From an uncultured Gemmatimonadales bacterium (GTDB lineage Bacteria > Gemmatimonadota > Gemmatimonadetes > Longimicrobiales > RSA9), in NCBI GenBank assembly GCA_963816355.1, contig CAWFKH010000001.1:590890-654889 (forward strand): a DNA stretch of 64,000 bases. The letters run 5' to 3'. The position numbers and the translations under genes were made by a program. The notes beneath the pieces were generated by a model, which saw only the letters and a list, made by a program, of their open reading frames with translations, was not told where the DNA came from and did no database searches. Shown here piece after piece: positions 33,999-43,288 of this stretch. Positions within the stretch are counted from its first letter, which is position 1. Each line of letters opens with the position of its first letter.

Positions 33999-34826
33999 GC
34001 GTCGCCTCCCTTCGTTGCCGGCGCGAGCGCGTCCGCTGCGGCCGGCGCCGCCGCACGCTCGAGCGCGAAGAGCGCCGCCCCCAGCGCGCCCATGAAGTGC
34101 GATTCGTCGCCCACGTTCAGCCGCGTGCCGAGCAGCTCCTGCAGCACCGCGATCATCGCCTCGTTGCGCGCGACGCCGCCGGTGAACGTGACCTCGTCCT
34201 CGATGCCGACGCGGCGCAGCAGCGCCACCGAACGGGCCGCGATCGAGCGGTGCACCCCGAGCAGGATGTCCTCGATCTTCTTGCCGCGCGCGAGCCAGGA
34301 GAGCACTTCGGACTCGGCGAAGACGGTGCAGGTCGTGGTGATGTCGACCGGCTTCTGGCCCGCGAGCGCGCGCGCGCCCAGCTCCGGCATCGGGATCTCG
34401 AGCGCGGCGGAGGCGGACTGCAGGAAGCGGCCGGTGCCCGCGGCGCATTTGTCGTTCATGCAGAAGTCGAGGACGTCGCCGCCCGCCTGGATGCGGATCG
34501 CCTTCGTGTCCTGGCCGCCCATGTCCAGGACGGTCCGCGTGCCGGCGAACATCTCGGCCGCGCCGCGCGCGTGGCAGCAGATCTCCGTCACCTGCGCGTG
34601 GCCGAACTCGACCTTGTAGCGGCCGTAGCCGGTGCCGATGACGAAGCCGACGTCGCTCTCCGCTCACGCCGCCGTCGGCGAGCGCGAGCGCGAACGCCTG
34701 CTCGGCGGCCCGGACGACGTTCGCACCGGTGGCGATCAGGCTGCGGCCGACAATGCCGCGCGCGTCGTCCACGATCACCGCCTTCGTCTGGGTCGAGCCG
34801 ACGTCGACCCCCGCGGCGTAGGTCAT
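33995..34826 (-). CDS. bcrA: Benzoyl-CoA reductase ATP-binding (activase) subunit A-like, compact; +1 frameshift near 34660
   Basis: [11 protein letters not shown] in one frame, then [33 protein letters not shown] and FTGGVARN in another; span 832 nt = 3n+1. Confidence 0.78.
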
Positions 34827-36136
34827 GCGAGCCCCCGTGGTTGGTGTCCGTGCCGGATGCGGCGCGACTCGAGGCCTTCGAAGAAGGCGTCGATGCGGTT
34901 CTTGAGCTGCGCCTCCGAGACGACGCGCTTGTCCATCATGTCGCTCTCGATGTAGAGGCACTGCACGTCGCGGTTGGCGAGCACGACGCGGCGGCTGTCG
35001 GCGAGGCCGGTCGAGACGGTGCGGCAGCTCTTGACCGGGTGGAAGACGACGCCGTCGGCGTTGAAGAAGTCGATCGCATCGAGGAGCGCGCGGTCGTGGA
35101 AGATCATCGCGTCCGTGGCGCCGCGCAGCCCGCGCACGAGCCCCTCCGCCAGGCTCTCGAGCGGGCGCTCGAGGTCGTACTCGAAGCCGAGGTCGAGGCC
35201 GCCGGTGGCGAACCACAGGTAGGTCGAGCTGACGAAGACGCCGTTCCATTCGGAGAACAGCTCGAAGAAGCGCCGGAAGATCGGATAGCACGGCACGCCG
35301 ACGAAGACGAGGCGGTGGCGCTCCTCCGGGATCGCGCCCACGCCGAGCTCCGCCTTCGCCTCCATCTCCTCGACGAGGTCGTGGAAGTAGGCCGCGCCCT
35401 CCGGCGTGCCGCGCAGGCCGTTGGCGACGCCGAGGTAGATCGTGCCCTCCGTGAGCGCGTCGAAGACGGCCGGCGAGCCGCGGTTCAGCTCCAGCAGCCG
35501 CTTCCAGTCGCGGCTCATGCGGTTGGTCCGGTCGAGTACCTCGCGGAAGCGGTCCATGTCGAAGCGGCGGCCGGTGACGTGCTCGCACAGCTCGATCAGC
35601 TCGCCCACCTGCTGCTCGACGTAGCGGCGGTCCGGCTCGAGCGTGGCCGCGGGCTGGTCCCCGGCGCTCGCCGCGCTGCGCGAGCCCGGCACGTCGAGCG
35701 TGAAGATCGGGACGTGGTGCAGCCGCTCCCAGATCTCGGCCCACTTGATGTACGTGTTGCAGGCGTTGGTCAGCACGGCCAGGCTCGGCCGTGGGATGCG
35801 GCCCATCGGGTGGCGGCCGTCGCGCAGCTGCACCGCCACGTCCGCCTTCACGTATCCGCACACGTCCGGCGAGTAGCCGTAGTCCTCCGCGTAGCCGAGG
35901 TAGTCGGCGGACACCTTCTTCACCGCCGTCTGCAGCGAGTTGATCTCCGGGAAGACGACGTGCAGGTCGAAGACGCGCAGCACCTCCACCAGGCTGCCCA
36001 TGACGAAGACGTAGGCGGCCTGCTCGCCGGCGTCCGCCGCCCGCGTCAGGCGCATGAACCAGTCGGCGAAGAGCCGCTTGCCGTCCCGCACGCCGCGTCC
36101 GAAAAGCTCCTGCGTCCCCCGCGTGGCCAGCGCCAT
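34823..36136 (-). CDS. bcrB: Benzoyl-CoA reductase subunit B (2-hydroxyacyl-CoA dehydratase family)
   Basis: PEINSLQ, AEDYGYSPDVCGYVKADV, CNTYIKW, KSC, IESD...RIDAFFE. Confidence 0.85.
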   Translation of the reverse strand: MALATRGTQELFGRGVRDGKRLFADWFMRLTRAADAGEQAAYVFVMGSLVEVLRVFDLHVVFPEINSLQTAVKKVSADYLGYAEDYGYSPDVCGYVKADVAVQLRDGRHPMGRIPRPSLAVLTNACNTYIKWAEIWERLHHVPIFTLDVPGSRSAASAGDQPAATLEPDRRYVEQQVGELIELCEHVTGRRFDMDRFREVLDRTNRMSRDWKRLLELNRGSPAVFDALTEGTIYLGVANGLRGTPEGAAYFHDLVEEMEAKAELGVGAIPEERHRLVFVGVPCYPIFRRFFELFSEWNGVFVSSTYLWFATGGLDLGFEYDLERPLESLAEGLVRGLRGATDAMIFHDRALLDAIDFFNADGVVFHPVKSCRTVSTGLADSRRVVLANRDVQCLYIESDMMDKRVVSEAQLKNRIDAFFEGLESRRIRHGHQPRGLA

Positions 36137-36164
36137 GTTGCCTCCTCCGCGTGCAGCGTCTCGC

Positions 36165-37331
36165 TCAGTCGAACAGGATGTTCTCTACGAACGTCTCGAG
36201 CTGGACCTGCAGATGGTCGAAGCTCGTCATCCGCTCCTCGAACTCGGTCACGAAGTAGGGCACCTTCGCGTCGTCGAGCGCCTTCATGTACGCGACCTGC
36301 TCGTCCAGCCCCGGCTCGCACATCTTCGCCGCGGCGACGATCGCCGCCTCCGCGTCCGCCTCGCGCACGCGCCGCAGCAGCATCGCCTCCTTCGGCTTGC
36401 GCAGGTCGTGCTGCACGGGGCTGTACGTGGAGCGCTCGATGTAGGCGTCGGCGAGCGCGAGCAGCGGATCACCGTCGCCCGCCACGTCCTCGACGATCCA
36501 CCGCAGCCCGATCAGCAGGTCGTCGTCGACCACGTAGCAGAACTGCCCGATCGAGCGCAGCAGGTCGAGCGGCGGCTGCTCGCAGAAGCCGCCCTCGAAG
36601 ACGACCCGGATCCTGTCCTGGCGCCGGCTCGTGCGCGCCCGGATCTGCGGCAGCGCCGCCGCGAGCAGCGCGTTGTGCTCCTCGCGCGGGACCAGGCCGC
36701 CGATCGCCACCAGCGCGTACGCCTCGTCCACCGGCAGCAGCCACGGCTCGGTCCGCTTGACCTGGTACAGCTCGCGCAGCAGGCGCCGGTTCTCGTTGAA
36801 GACCGCGATCGACGCACGCAGCGCGTCGTCGTCCACGCTCCGGCCGGCGACGGCTTCGATGTCGCGCAGCACCCGGCCGTACTCGTCGCGCAGGTAGGCG
36901 GCGGCGAACGCGGAGTTCGGGTTCTGCGGGAAGTAGAGGATCTGCGCGGGATACGGCAGGTTGCGCGACCACAGGCCGGCGAGGTTGCGGGCGGCGTCGC
37001 AGATCGGGTGCGTCACGAAGAGGTCGAGCTCCAGCCGCCCGGACATCGCCAGCTCGAGCGAGCTGCGCAGGATCGAGCAGAGGTAGGAGCCGAAGTGCGA
37101 GTCCGCCTCCCGCCGCTCCACCGGCGCGCCTCTCACCTTGACCGGGAGCAGCCCCGCCGCGTGCGCCAGCTCCTCCGGGAAGTAGACCTGGAAGTGGCCC
37201 AGGACCTTGCCGCCTGCCTCGCGCCAGCGCCGCACCGTCGGCATGTCCATGTCCTCCAGCGTGTCGCGGCACACGGCGACGATCTCGTCGAGCCGCGCAC
37301 CCGGCTCGAGCGGCAGCAGGCGGTCCGCCAT
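36165..37331 (-). CDS. bcrC: Benzoyl-CoA reductase subunit C
   Basis: [54 protein letters not shown]. Confidence 0.85.
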   Translation of the reverse strand: MADRLLPLEPGARLDEIVAVCRDTLEDMDMPTVRRWREAGGKVLGHFQVYFPEELAHAAGLLPVKVRGAPVERREADSHFGSYLCSILRSSLELAMSGRLELDLFVTHPICDAARNLAGLWSRNLPYPAQILYFPQNPNSAFAAAYLRDEYGRVLRDIEAVAGRSVDDDALRASIAVFNENRRLLRELYQVKRTEPWLLPVDEAYALVAIGGLVPREEHNALLAAALPQIRARTSRRQDRIRVVFEGGFCEQPPLDLLRSIGQFCYVVDDDLLIGLRWIVEDVAGDGDPLLALADAYIERSTYSPVQHDLRKPKEAMLLRRVREADAEAAIVAAAKMCEPGLDEQVAYMKALDDAKVPYFVTEFEERMTSFDHLQVQLETFVENILFD

Positions 37332-37333
37332 CG

Positions 37334-38125
37334 CTACGCCTCCCTCCATTCGGGTGTCCGCTTCTCGACGAACGCGGCGATCCCCTCGCGCGCGTCCTCC
37401 AGGCGCAGCAGCTCACCCGCGTAGGCGGCGTCGACGTGCCGGAGCGCCGCCTCCGGCGCGAGCCGCTGCGTCTCCAGGAGCGTGCGCTTCGTGAGCCGCA
37501 GCACGGGGCCGCTCAGCGACGCGAGCCGTGCGACGTAGCCCTCCACCAGCGCGGGGAAGTCGTCGGCGGGTGCGACGCGCGTCACGATTCCCGCCTCGTG
37601 CGCCGCCGCGCCGTCCATCGTCGTGCCGCTCAGGACGATGTCGAGCGCCCGCTGCCGCCCCACCAGCCGCGGCAGCAGCGCCAGCGCGACCGGCGGGAAG
37701 ACGCCGAGGCCGATCTCCGGCTGGCCGATGCGTGCGTCCGCCCGCGCCAGCACGACGTCGCACGCGTAGAGCAGCTCGCAGCCGCCGCCGAGCGCCGCAC
37801 CGCCCACCGCCGCGACCACCACGCAGTCGAGCCGCCGCAGCCGCGTGATCACCGCGTGGAACGAGGCGAGCATCGCGTGCACGCGGTCCGGACCGTGGTC
37901 GGCCACGTCGACCCCCGCGCAGAAGGCGCGGCCGGCGCCGCTCAGCACGAGGACCTTCGCCGTGCGGTCGGCCGCGACGTCGTCCAGCAGCGCCGCGATC
38001 TCCTCCATCATCCCGATCGTGAGCACGTTCACGGGCGGACGGTCGAGGACGAGCCGCGCGACGCCCGGCGCCGTCCGCTCCAGGCGCGCGAAGCGCTGCG
38101 CCGGCGCCGCCGCGGGCGCGCTCAT
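37334..38125 (-). CDS. dch: Enoyl-CoA hydratase, probable cyclohexa-1,5-dienecarbonyl-CoA hydratase
   Basis: [41 protein letters not shown]; context. Confidence 0.78.
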   Translation of the reverse strand: MSAPAAAPAQRFARLERTAPGVARLVLDRPPVNVLTIGMMEEIAALLDDVAADRTAKVLVLSGAGRAFCAGVDVADHGPDRVHAMLASFHAVITRLRRLDCVVVAAVGGAALGGGCELLYACDVVLARADARIGQPEIGLGVFPPVALALLPRLVGRQRALDIVLSGTTMDGAAAHEAGIVTRVAPADDFPALVEGYVARLASLSGPVLRLTKRTLLETQRLAPEAALRHVDAAYAGELLRLEDAREGIAAFVEKRTPEWREA

Positions 38126-39333
38126 CGCCGGTCTTCCAGCGCGGCGCGCTCCCGCTCGAGCGCCGTCCCCCGCTCGCCTCCCGCCGCCGCAGGGCCGGCG
38201 CGCAGCGGCTCGCGTCCCTCGCGTCCCGCGCGTCCGGCGTCTTCCGGCGCGAGCGTCGCCGCGGCGTCGCCGTTCCCCCTCGCCTGCGCGGGCAGCGGAG
38301 CGCCGCACGCGCCGCAGTAGCCGAAGTCCGCCGGCAGCCCCTCCGCGCCGCACGCCGGGCAGTCCCGCGCGTAGGGGCCCCACACGAACTCGCTCGCGCC
38401 GCCCTCCGCCGCCCGACTCCGCACGTCGGCGTAGCGTGGCGGACGCTTCTGCACGAACGCGCGCATCCCCTCCCACGGCTCGAGCGCGCCGAAGTGCAGC
38501 GACAGCCAGTCGCGGGCGTGGCCGATCGTCTGGTGCCACGCCAGCTCTTTCCAGAAGTTGACCTGCTGCTTCGTGTAGCGGACGCATTCCGGGAACTGCT
38601 CCAGCAGCTTCTCCGCCAGCTTTGCCACCTCGGCGTCCAGCCGCTCCAGGCTGATCGCGTAGCCCTCTTCGCCGCGCTGCGCCTTGCGGATCTGCTCCGG
38701 CGTGGCCCGCTCCACGAAGTCGCCGCCCAGCGTGACCGACGGCACGACGCGGTTCACCAGCCCCCAATCCAGCGCCTGATACGCCGGGATGCGGCCGTTG
38801 AAGAGCAGCATCTCCCGCGCGCGCCGGTCGCCCACGAAGAGCGGCAGCCACTGCGTCGCCCCGCCCGCGGCCACGCTGCCCACACGCGTGCCCACCTGCC
38901 CCAGCCACGCGTGCTCCGCCATCACCGCCAGGTCGCACGCCATCTGCGACTCGTTGCCGCCGCCCACCGCCATCCCGTTCAGCCGCGCCACCACCGGCTT
39001 GCCCGCGTTCACGATGCTCTCGATGTAGGCGCGGAAGAGACCCATGTACTTCCAGTAATCCCGCGGCCGCACCGTGTACTCCGACTCGTACTCCTTCACG
39101 TCGCCGCCCGTACAGAACGCGACGTCGCCCGCGCCCGTGAACACGATCACGCCCACCGCGTCGTCGAACGCCGCGTCGCGGAACGCCGTCGCCAGCTCCT
39201 CCAGCGCCAGCGTCGAATACGCGTTGTACGCGTGCGGCCGCTCGATCGTGATCGTCGCCACGCGACCTGCCTTGCGATAGCCGACCTCCCCGAAATCGTA
39301 GGAGTCCGCCCGTCGCGTCCCGAAATACGACAT
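38122..39333 (-). CDS. oah: 6-oxocyclohex-1-ene-1-carbonyl-CoA hydrolase-like crotonase with C-terminal zinc ribbon
   Basis: YNAYS, AFCTGGDVKEY...YM.LF, GS.A.GGAT..LPL.VG, FPEC; C-terminal CPAC..CGAC. Confidence 0.78.
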   Translation of the reverse strand: MSYFGTRRADSYDFGEVGYRKAGRVATITIERPHAYNAYSTLALEELATAFRDAAFDDAVGVIVFTGAGDVAFCTGGDVKEYESEYTVRPRDYWKYMGLFRAYIESIVNAGKPVVARLNGMAVGGGNESQMACDLAVMAEHAWLGQVGTRVGSVAAGGATQWLPLFVGDRRAREMLLFNGRIPAYQALDWGLVNRVVPSVTLGGDFVERATPEQIRKAQRGEEGYAISLERLDAEVAKLAEKLLEQFPECVRYTKQQVNFWKELAWHQTIGHARDWLSLHFGALEPWEGMRAFVQKRPPRYADVRSRAAEGGASEFVWGPYARDCPACGAEGLPADFGYCGACGAPLPAQARGNGDAAATLAPEDAGRAGREGREPLRAGPAAAGGERGTALERERAALEDRR

Positions 39334-39357
39334 CGATCGCCCCCTCTCTCGCCTGAT

Positions 39358-40233
39358 TTACGCGCGCCGCCGCATCGGGGCCGGCTCGCTCGACCGCAGC
39401 TCCAGAACCGATTCCACGTACGACGACGCCGGCGCCGTCAGCACCTCGTGAAACGCCTCGAACAGCGCCGCCGCCGCCTCGCCTTTCCAGCCCGCCGGCA
39501 GAAGCCGACGCGGCAGGTATGGGTCCGACAGCGGAAACTCCCGGTACTCGTGCACCAGCCGGAACCGCAGCTCGTAGCACTCCTCCGGCGACAGCCGCCC
39601 CGCCTCCAGCTCCGCCGAGCACCGCTCGTGTACCGCCCCCCAGCGCTCGATGAAAGCGCCGTAGCGCGCGTCCACCGCCGCCAGGTCCCAGCACCGCGAC
39701 ACCAGCGCCTCCACGCTCGAGTATCCCTGGTACTGCGCCCGGAACAGTTCAACGTGATCGCTCGCGCCCAGCTCCCCCGCCAGCTCGTTCACCTCCCCGC
39801 GAAGCGCATGCGGAGAGATCCACAGGCCGTTGCCCAGCTGCCCGAAGCCCAGCCACTGCAGACGCACCCGCAGACGGTCCCGCACCCGGCGATGCTCCTC
39901 CGGCACCGAGTACGCGACCAGGTACCACAGCCCGTCCCACGGCTCGTCGCGCGGCGGCCGGTAGATCCGCGCCTCCCCCGCCTCCAGCAGACGACGCCCC
40001 CGCGCCGTCAACGCGTAGTAGCTCCGCCGCCCCGACCGCTCCGTCTCCAGCCACCCCTTGCGCGACATCCGCGACAGCACCGTCCGCGTCGCCGCCGCCG
40101 ACAGCCCCAGCGGCCGCAGCAGCGCGATCAGGCTCCCCACCCACACCGCGCCCGGCCGCCGCAGCAGGTAGTCGCCGTAGAGCGTGAAGACGAGGTCCTG
40201 CGGCCGCGCGGGGTAACTTGTGTCAGTATCCAT
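39358..40233 (-). CDS. paaX: PaaX family transcriptional regulator
   Basis: LVFTLYGDY, RTVLSRMSRKGWL, L.WLGFG.LGNGLWISP, DPYLP..LLP..W.G. Confidence 0.92.
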   Translation of the reverse strand: MDTDTSYPARPQDLVFTLYGDYLLRRPGAVWVGSLIALLRPLGLSAAATRTVLSRMSRKGWLETERSGRRSYYALTARGRRLLEAGEARIYRPPRDEPWDGLWYLVAYSVPEEHRRVRDRLRVRLQWLGFGQLGNGLWISPHALRGEVNELAGELGASDHVELFRAQYQGYSSVEALVSRCWDLAAVDARYGAFIERWGAVHERCSAELEAGRLSPEECYELRFRLVHEYREFPLSDPYLPRRLLPAGWKGEAAAALFEAFHEVLTAPASSYVESVLELRSSEPAPMRRRA

Positions 40234-40254
40234 ACGATCGTAATGTAAGTGACA
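40221..40254. promoter_or_regulatory. Dyad operator TGTCA-N7-TACGATCGTA-N7-TGACA overlapping the paaX start and promoter
   Basis: Outer TGTCA/TGACA pair and inner perfect 10-bp palindrome share the centre 40237.5; AT-rich patch in GC-rich DNA. Confidence 0.65.
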
Positions 40255-40356
40255 TATTTGCCGGGGCAAGGCTCTCGTGCGGCGGGGGCGCGGGGGACGG
40301 ACGCGCGGGGCATGGGCGCGGCCAGGTTCGCGGGCGCCCCAGGAAGCGAGGTGTCC

Positions 40357-40821
40357 ATGGCGGGGCTGTGGTGGGAGGAATTCGAGGTGGGGCGGGAATA
40401 CGACGCCGGCGAACGGGCTGTGACGCAGTCGGACGTGGAGGCGTTCGCGGCGGTGTCCGGAGACCGCAACGCGCTGCACCTGGACGAGGAGTACGCGCGT
40501 GGCACGCCGCTGGGCGGTCGGGTGGCGCACGGGGTGCTGGGGTTGGCGGTGGCGACGGGGCGGCTGTACGAGCTGGGTCTGACGCGGGGCACGCTGGTGG
40601 CGCTGGTGGGGGTGGAGTGGCGGTTCGTGGCCCGGGTGCGGCCGGGCGACGCATTGCGGGTGCGTGTGCGGGTGGCGGAGAAGCGGCCCACGTCGCGGCC
40701 GGAGCGGGGGCTGGTGCGCTTCGCGCTCACGCTGGAGCGGGGGAGCGGCGAGGTGGTTCAGGAGGGGGTGTTGACGTCGCTCGTGCGCCGGGGTGGGAAG
40801 GGGCGGGGAACGCACACCTGA
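40357..40821 (+). CDS. MaoC/PaaZ C-terminal-like dehydratase
   Basis: FAAVSGDRNALHLD...AHG, F..V.PGD; GAGGT RBS. Confidence 0.9.
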   Translation: MAGLWWEEFEVGREYDAGERAVTQSDVEAFAAVSGDRNALHLDEEYARGTPLGGRVAHGVLGLAVATGRLYELGLTRGTLVALVGVEWRFVARVRPGDALRVRVRVAEKRPTSRPERGLVRFALTLERGSGEVVQEGVLTSLVRRGGKGRGTHT

Positions 40822-40865
40822 GACCGCGCGGTCCTCCGCTTCGACACGGCGCTGGAGCCCGAGGG

Positions 40866-41570
40866 CTACACCCCCTTCGCCTCCGCGCCCCAGACCGCCT
40901 TGTGGAGCTGGACCTGGAAGCGGGCGGGAAGCCGGTCCTCGAGGATCCACTCGGCGAGATCGCGAAACGACAGCGACGACCAGACGGGCGAGAAGAGGAT
41001 GGCGCCGAGCGTGCCGGAGGCGACGCGGTCGGCGAGCGGCGCCGAGTGCGCGGCGGCGTCGCGGTTCTCGCCGCGCACGACGGCGCGGGCCCACTCGTAG
41101 TCGGCGCGGTCGGCGACGACGAACTTGACCTCGTCGCGCGCGGTGAGGTGCTCGAGGTTCGACCACAGGTTGCGGGCGGCCTCGCCGGAGCCGGGACACT
41201 TGAGGTCCATGATGCGGTGGGCGCGCGAGTCGAGCGGTGCGACGTCGACGGCGCCGGAGGTCTCGACCAGGACGGTGTAGCCGCGGTCGAGGAGGCGCGC
41301 AGCGAGGCGGAAGGCGCCGGGGTGGACGAGCGGCTCGCCGCCGGTGATCTCGACGAGCGGCGTGCCGATCGCGTCGACGGCGGCGACGATGGCGTCGAGG
41401 CTCATCTTCTCGCCGCCGTGGAAGGCGTAGGCGGTGTCGCACCAGACGCAGCGCAGCGGGCAGCCGGTGAGGCGGACGAAGGTGCACGGCAGCCCCGCGC
41501 GCGTGCTCTCGCCCTGGATGCTGTGGAAGATCTCGGTGACGCGGAGGAAGTCCGGCACGGCGGTCCTCAC
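40866..41570 (-). CDS. queE: 7-carboxy-7-deazaguanine synthase (radical SAM)
   Basis: EIFHSIQGE, FVRLTGCPLRCVWCDT, ITGGEP, QVQLHK. Confidence 0.93.
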   Translation of the reverse strand: MRTAVPDFLRVTEIFHSIQGESTRAGLPCTFVRLTGCPLRCVWCDTAYAFHGGEKMSLDAIVAAVDAIGTPLVEITGGEPLVHPGAFRLAARLLDRGYTVLVETSGAVDVAPLDSRAHRIMDLKCPGSGEAARNLWSNLEHLTARDEVKFVVADRADYEWARAVVRGENRDAAAHSAPLADRVASGTLGAILFSPVWSSLSFRDLAEWILEDRLPARFQVQLHKAVWGAEAKGV

Positions 41571-42523
41571 CGCGCGCGGCCGTCGCGGCCGAGCAGGAAG
41601 CCGAGCGGCGACTCGCGCAGGATGCTGGTGGCGATGAAGAAGACGTTGGCGGGCCGCTCGGCGAGGCGGCGCATGAAGTACGGGTACCACGCCTCGCCGA
41701 AGGGGACGTAGACGCGCAGCCGGTAGCCCTGGCGGAGGATGGCGCTCTGCAGGTCGCGTCGCACGCCGTAGAGCATCTGGAACTCGTAGCGGTCGGTGGG
41801 GATCGCGTGCTCGTTGGCGAAGCGCTTCGTCACCTCGATCATGCGCGGGTCGTGCGTCGCGATGCCGGGGTAGGCGCCGTTCTCGAGGAGCAGGCGCATG
41901 AGGCGGACGAAGCTGTCGTCGACGTCGCGCTTCGCGGGGAAGGCGACGCTCGGCGGCTCCTTGTAGGCGCCCTTGCAGAGGCGGACGCGGACGCCGAGTT
42001 CGTTCATCCGCCGCACGTCCTCCTCGCTGCGCCGCAGGTACGACTGCAGGACGACGCCGCAGTTCGCGTGGCCCTCCTCGCGCATGCGAGCGAAGAAGTC
42101 GAGCGAGCGCTGCGTGTAGTCGCTCGACTCCATGTCGAAGCGGACGAAGAGGCCGTGCGCGTCCGCGCGCTCGAGGATGCGGGCCGTGTTGTCGTGAACG
42201 AACTCCTCGTCAATGTCCTGGCCGAGCTGCGTCAGCTTGACGGAGACGTTGGCGTCGAGCTTCTCGGCGGCGATGCGGTCGACGACGCGCAGCACGACGT
42301 CGCGCGACGCCTCCGCCTCGCTCCGCTTCTCGACCGCCTCGCCGAGGTAGTCGAGCGACGCCGTCGCGCCGTGCGCGTTCAGCTCGCGGACGGCGCGAAT
42401 CGCGTCGTCGATGCTCTCGCCCGCGACGAAGCGGCGCGCGATCGTGCGCGCGAACGGCGCGTCGGTGGCGATGCGCCGCGCGAGGCGGCTCTCACTGAGG
42501 AAGAGGAATCCCTCCCGAAGCAT
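41567..42523 (-). CDS. Monofunctional proline dehydrogenase
   Basis: RFVAGE, SVKLTQLG, FDME, RLCKGAY, ATHD, YVPFG..WYPYFMRRLAERPAN. Confidence 0.94.
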   Translation of the reverse strand: MLREGFLFLSESRLARRIATDAPFARTIARRFVAGESIDDAIRAVRELNAHGATASLDYLGEAVEKRSEAEASRDVVLRVVDRIAAEKLDANVSVKLTQLGQDIDEEFVHDNTARILERADAHGLFVRFDMESSDYTQRSLDFFARMREEGHANCGVVLQSYLRRSEEDVRRMNELGVRVRLCKGAYKEPPSVAFPAKRDVDDSFVRLMRLLLENGAYPGIATHDPRMIEVTKRFANEHAIPTDRYEFQMLYGVRRDLQSAILRQGYRLRVYVPFGEAWYPYFMRRLAERPANVFFIATSILRESPLGFLLGRDGRAR

Positions 42524-42526
42524 TCG

Positions 42527-43207
42527 TCAGCTCTCCCGGTTGCGCTCGGCGGTCTCGGGGGTCTCGGCGCGCTCGGTCCGCTCGGCGGGCTCGGTCCGCT
42601 CGGCGGGCTCGGTCCGCTCGGCGGGCTCGGTCCGCTCGGCGGGCTCGGCGGGCTCGGCCCGCTCGGCGGTCTCGGCGCGCTCGGCGGGCTCGGCGGGCTC
42701 GGCGCTCTCGGCGCTCTCGGCGCTCTCGGCGCTCTCGGCGCGCGCGACAGCGCGGTCGAGCGCCGCCTTCACCTCGTGCAAGGGCAGCGCCCCGAGCGCC
42801 GCCAGTGCCGCCGCCTCGCTGTCGGCGCGCACGAGGTCGTCGGACTCGAGGTGCCCCATGATCCCCGCGCCGGTCTCTGCCCAGCGGATGAAGACGAGGA
42901 AGCCGACGAAGGCGCCGCCGACCCCTGCGGGACCGGAGGCCTCGTCGTCCGCTTCTTCCACCTCGAGGCCGACCGTGTACGGCTGCGCGTCCGGCCCGGA
43001 GAACGCGGGGGGACGGTCGTGCTTGGCAATGTAGCCGCCGAGCGTCGCGTCGAGACCCGCCTCGGGATCGGTGGCGGGGTCGAGCTTGAGGCGGCGGACG
43101 AGGTCGATCGGCTCGTCCGCCTCGCTCGGTCCCGCCGCTTCCGCCTCCGTGCCCGCCTCGTGCGCACGGCGCGTCAGGTCTTCGAGCAGTGAATCGTCGC
43201 GTTCCAT
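42527..43207 (-). CDS. Hypothetical protein with C-terminal AES/EPAERT tandem repeats
   Basis: GGAGG RBS, acidic globular core (TLGGY...RPPAF.G.D..PYTV) and a repeat tail. Confidence 0.6.
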   Translation of the reverse strand: MERDDSLLEDLTRRAHEAGTEAEAAGPSEADEPIDLVRRLKLDPATDPEAGLDATLGGYIAKHDRPPAFSGPDAQPYTVGLEVEEADDEASGPAGVGGAFVGFLVFIRWAETGAGIMGHLESDDLVRADSEAAALAALGALPLHEVKAALDRAVARAESAESAESAESAEPAEPAERAETAERAEPAEPAERTEPAERTEPAERTEPAERTERAETPETAERNRES

Positions 43208-43288
43208 GCCCCGCCTCCCGATCGGGCTTGTTTCACGGCATGAGAGTGCGCCGTGAAGGAGACGGAGGCAAGGCGTGGAGGCGGCCCT

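Noticed and set aside
34650..34670. Programmed ribosomal frameshift in bcrA
   Set aside because: No slippery heptamer; similar single-base insertions occur in unrelated genes, which points to consensus error
33171..37331. 2-hydroxyacyl-CoA dehydratase (amino acid fermentation) instead of BCR
   Set aside because: Two activase subunits plus flanking dch, oah and had fit benzoyl-CoA reduction much better
40866..41570. queE as part of a 7-deazaguanine DNA-modification (dpd) island
   Set aside because: No dpdA/tgt paralog or other dpd genes; queG in the window indicates ordinary tRNA queuosine synthesis
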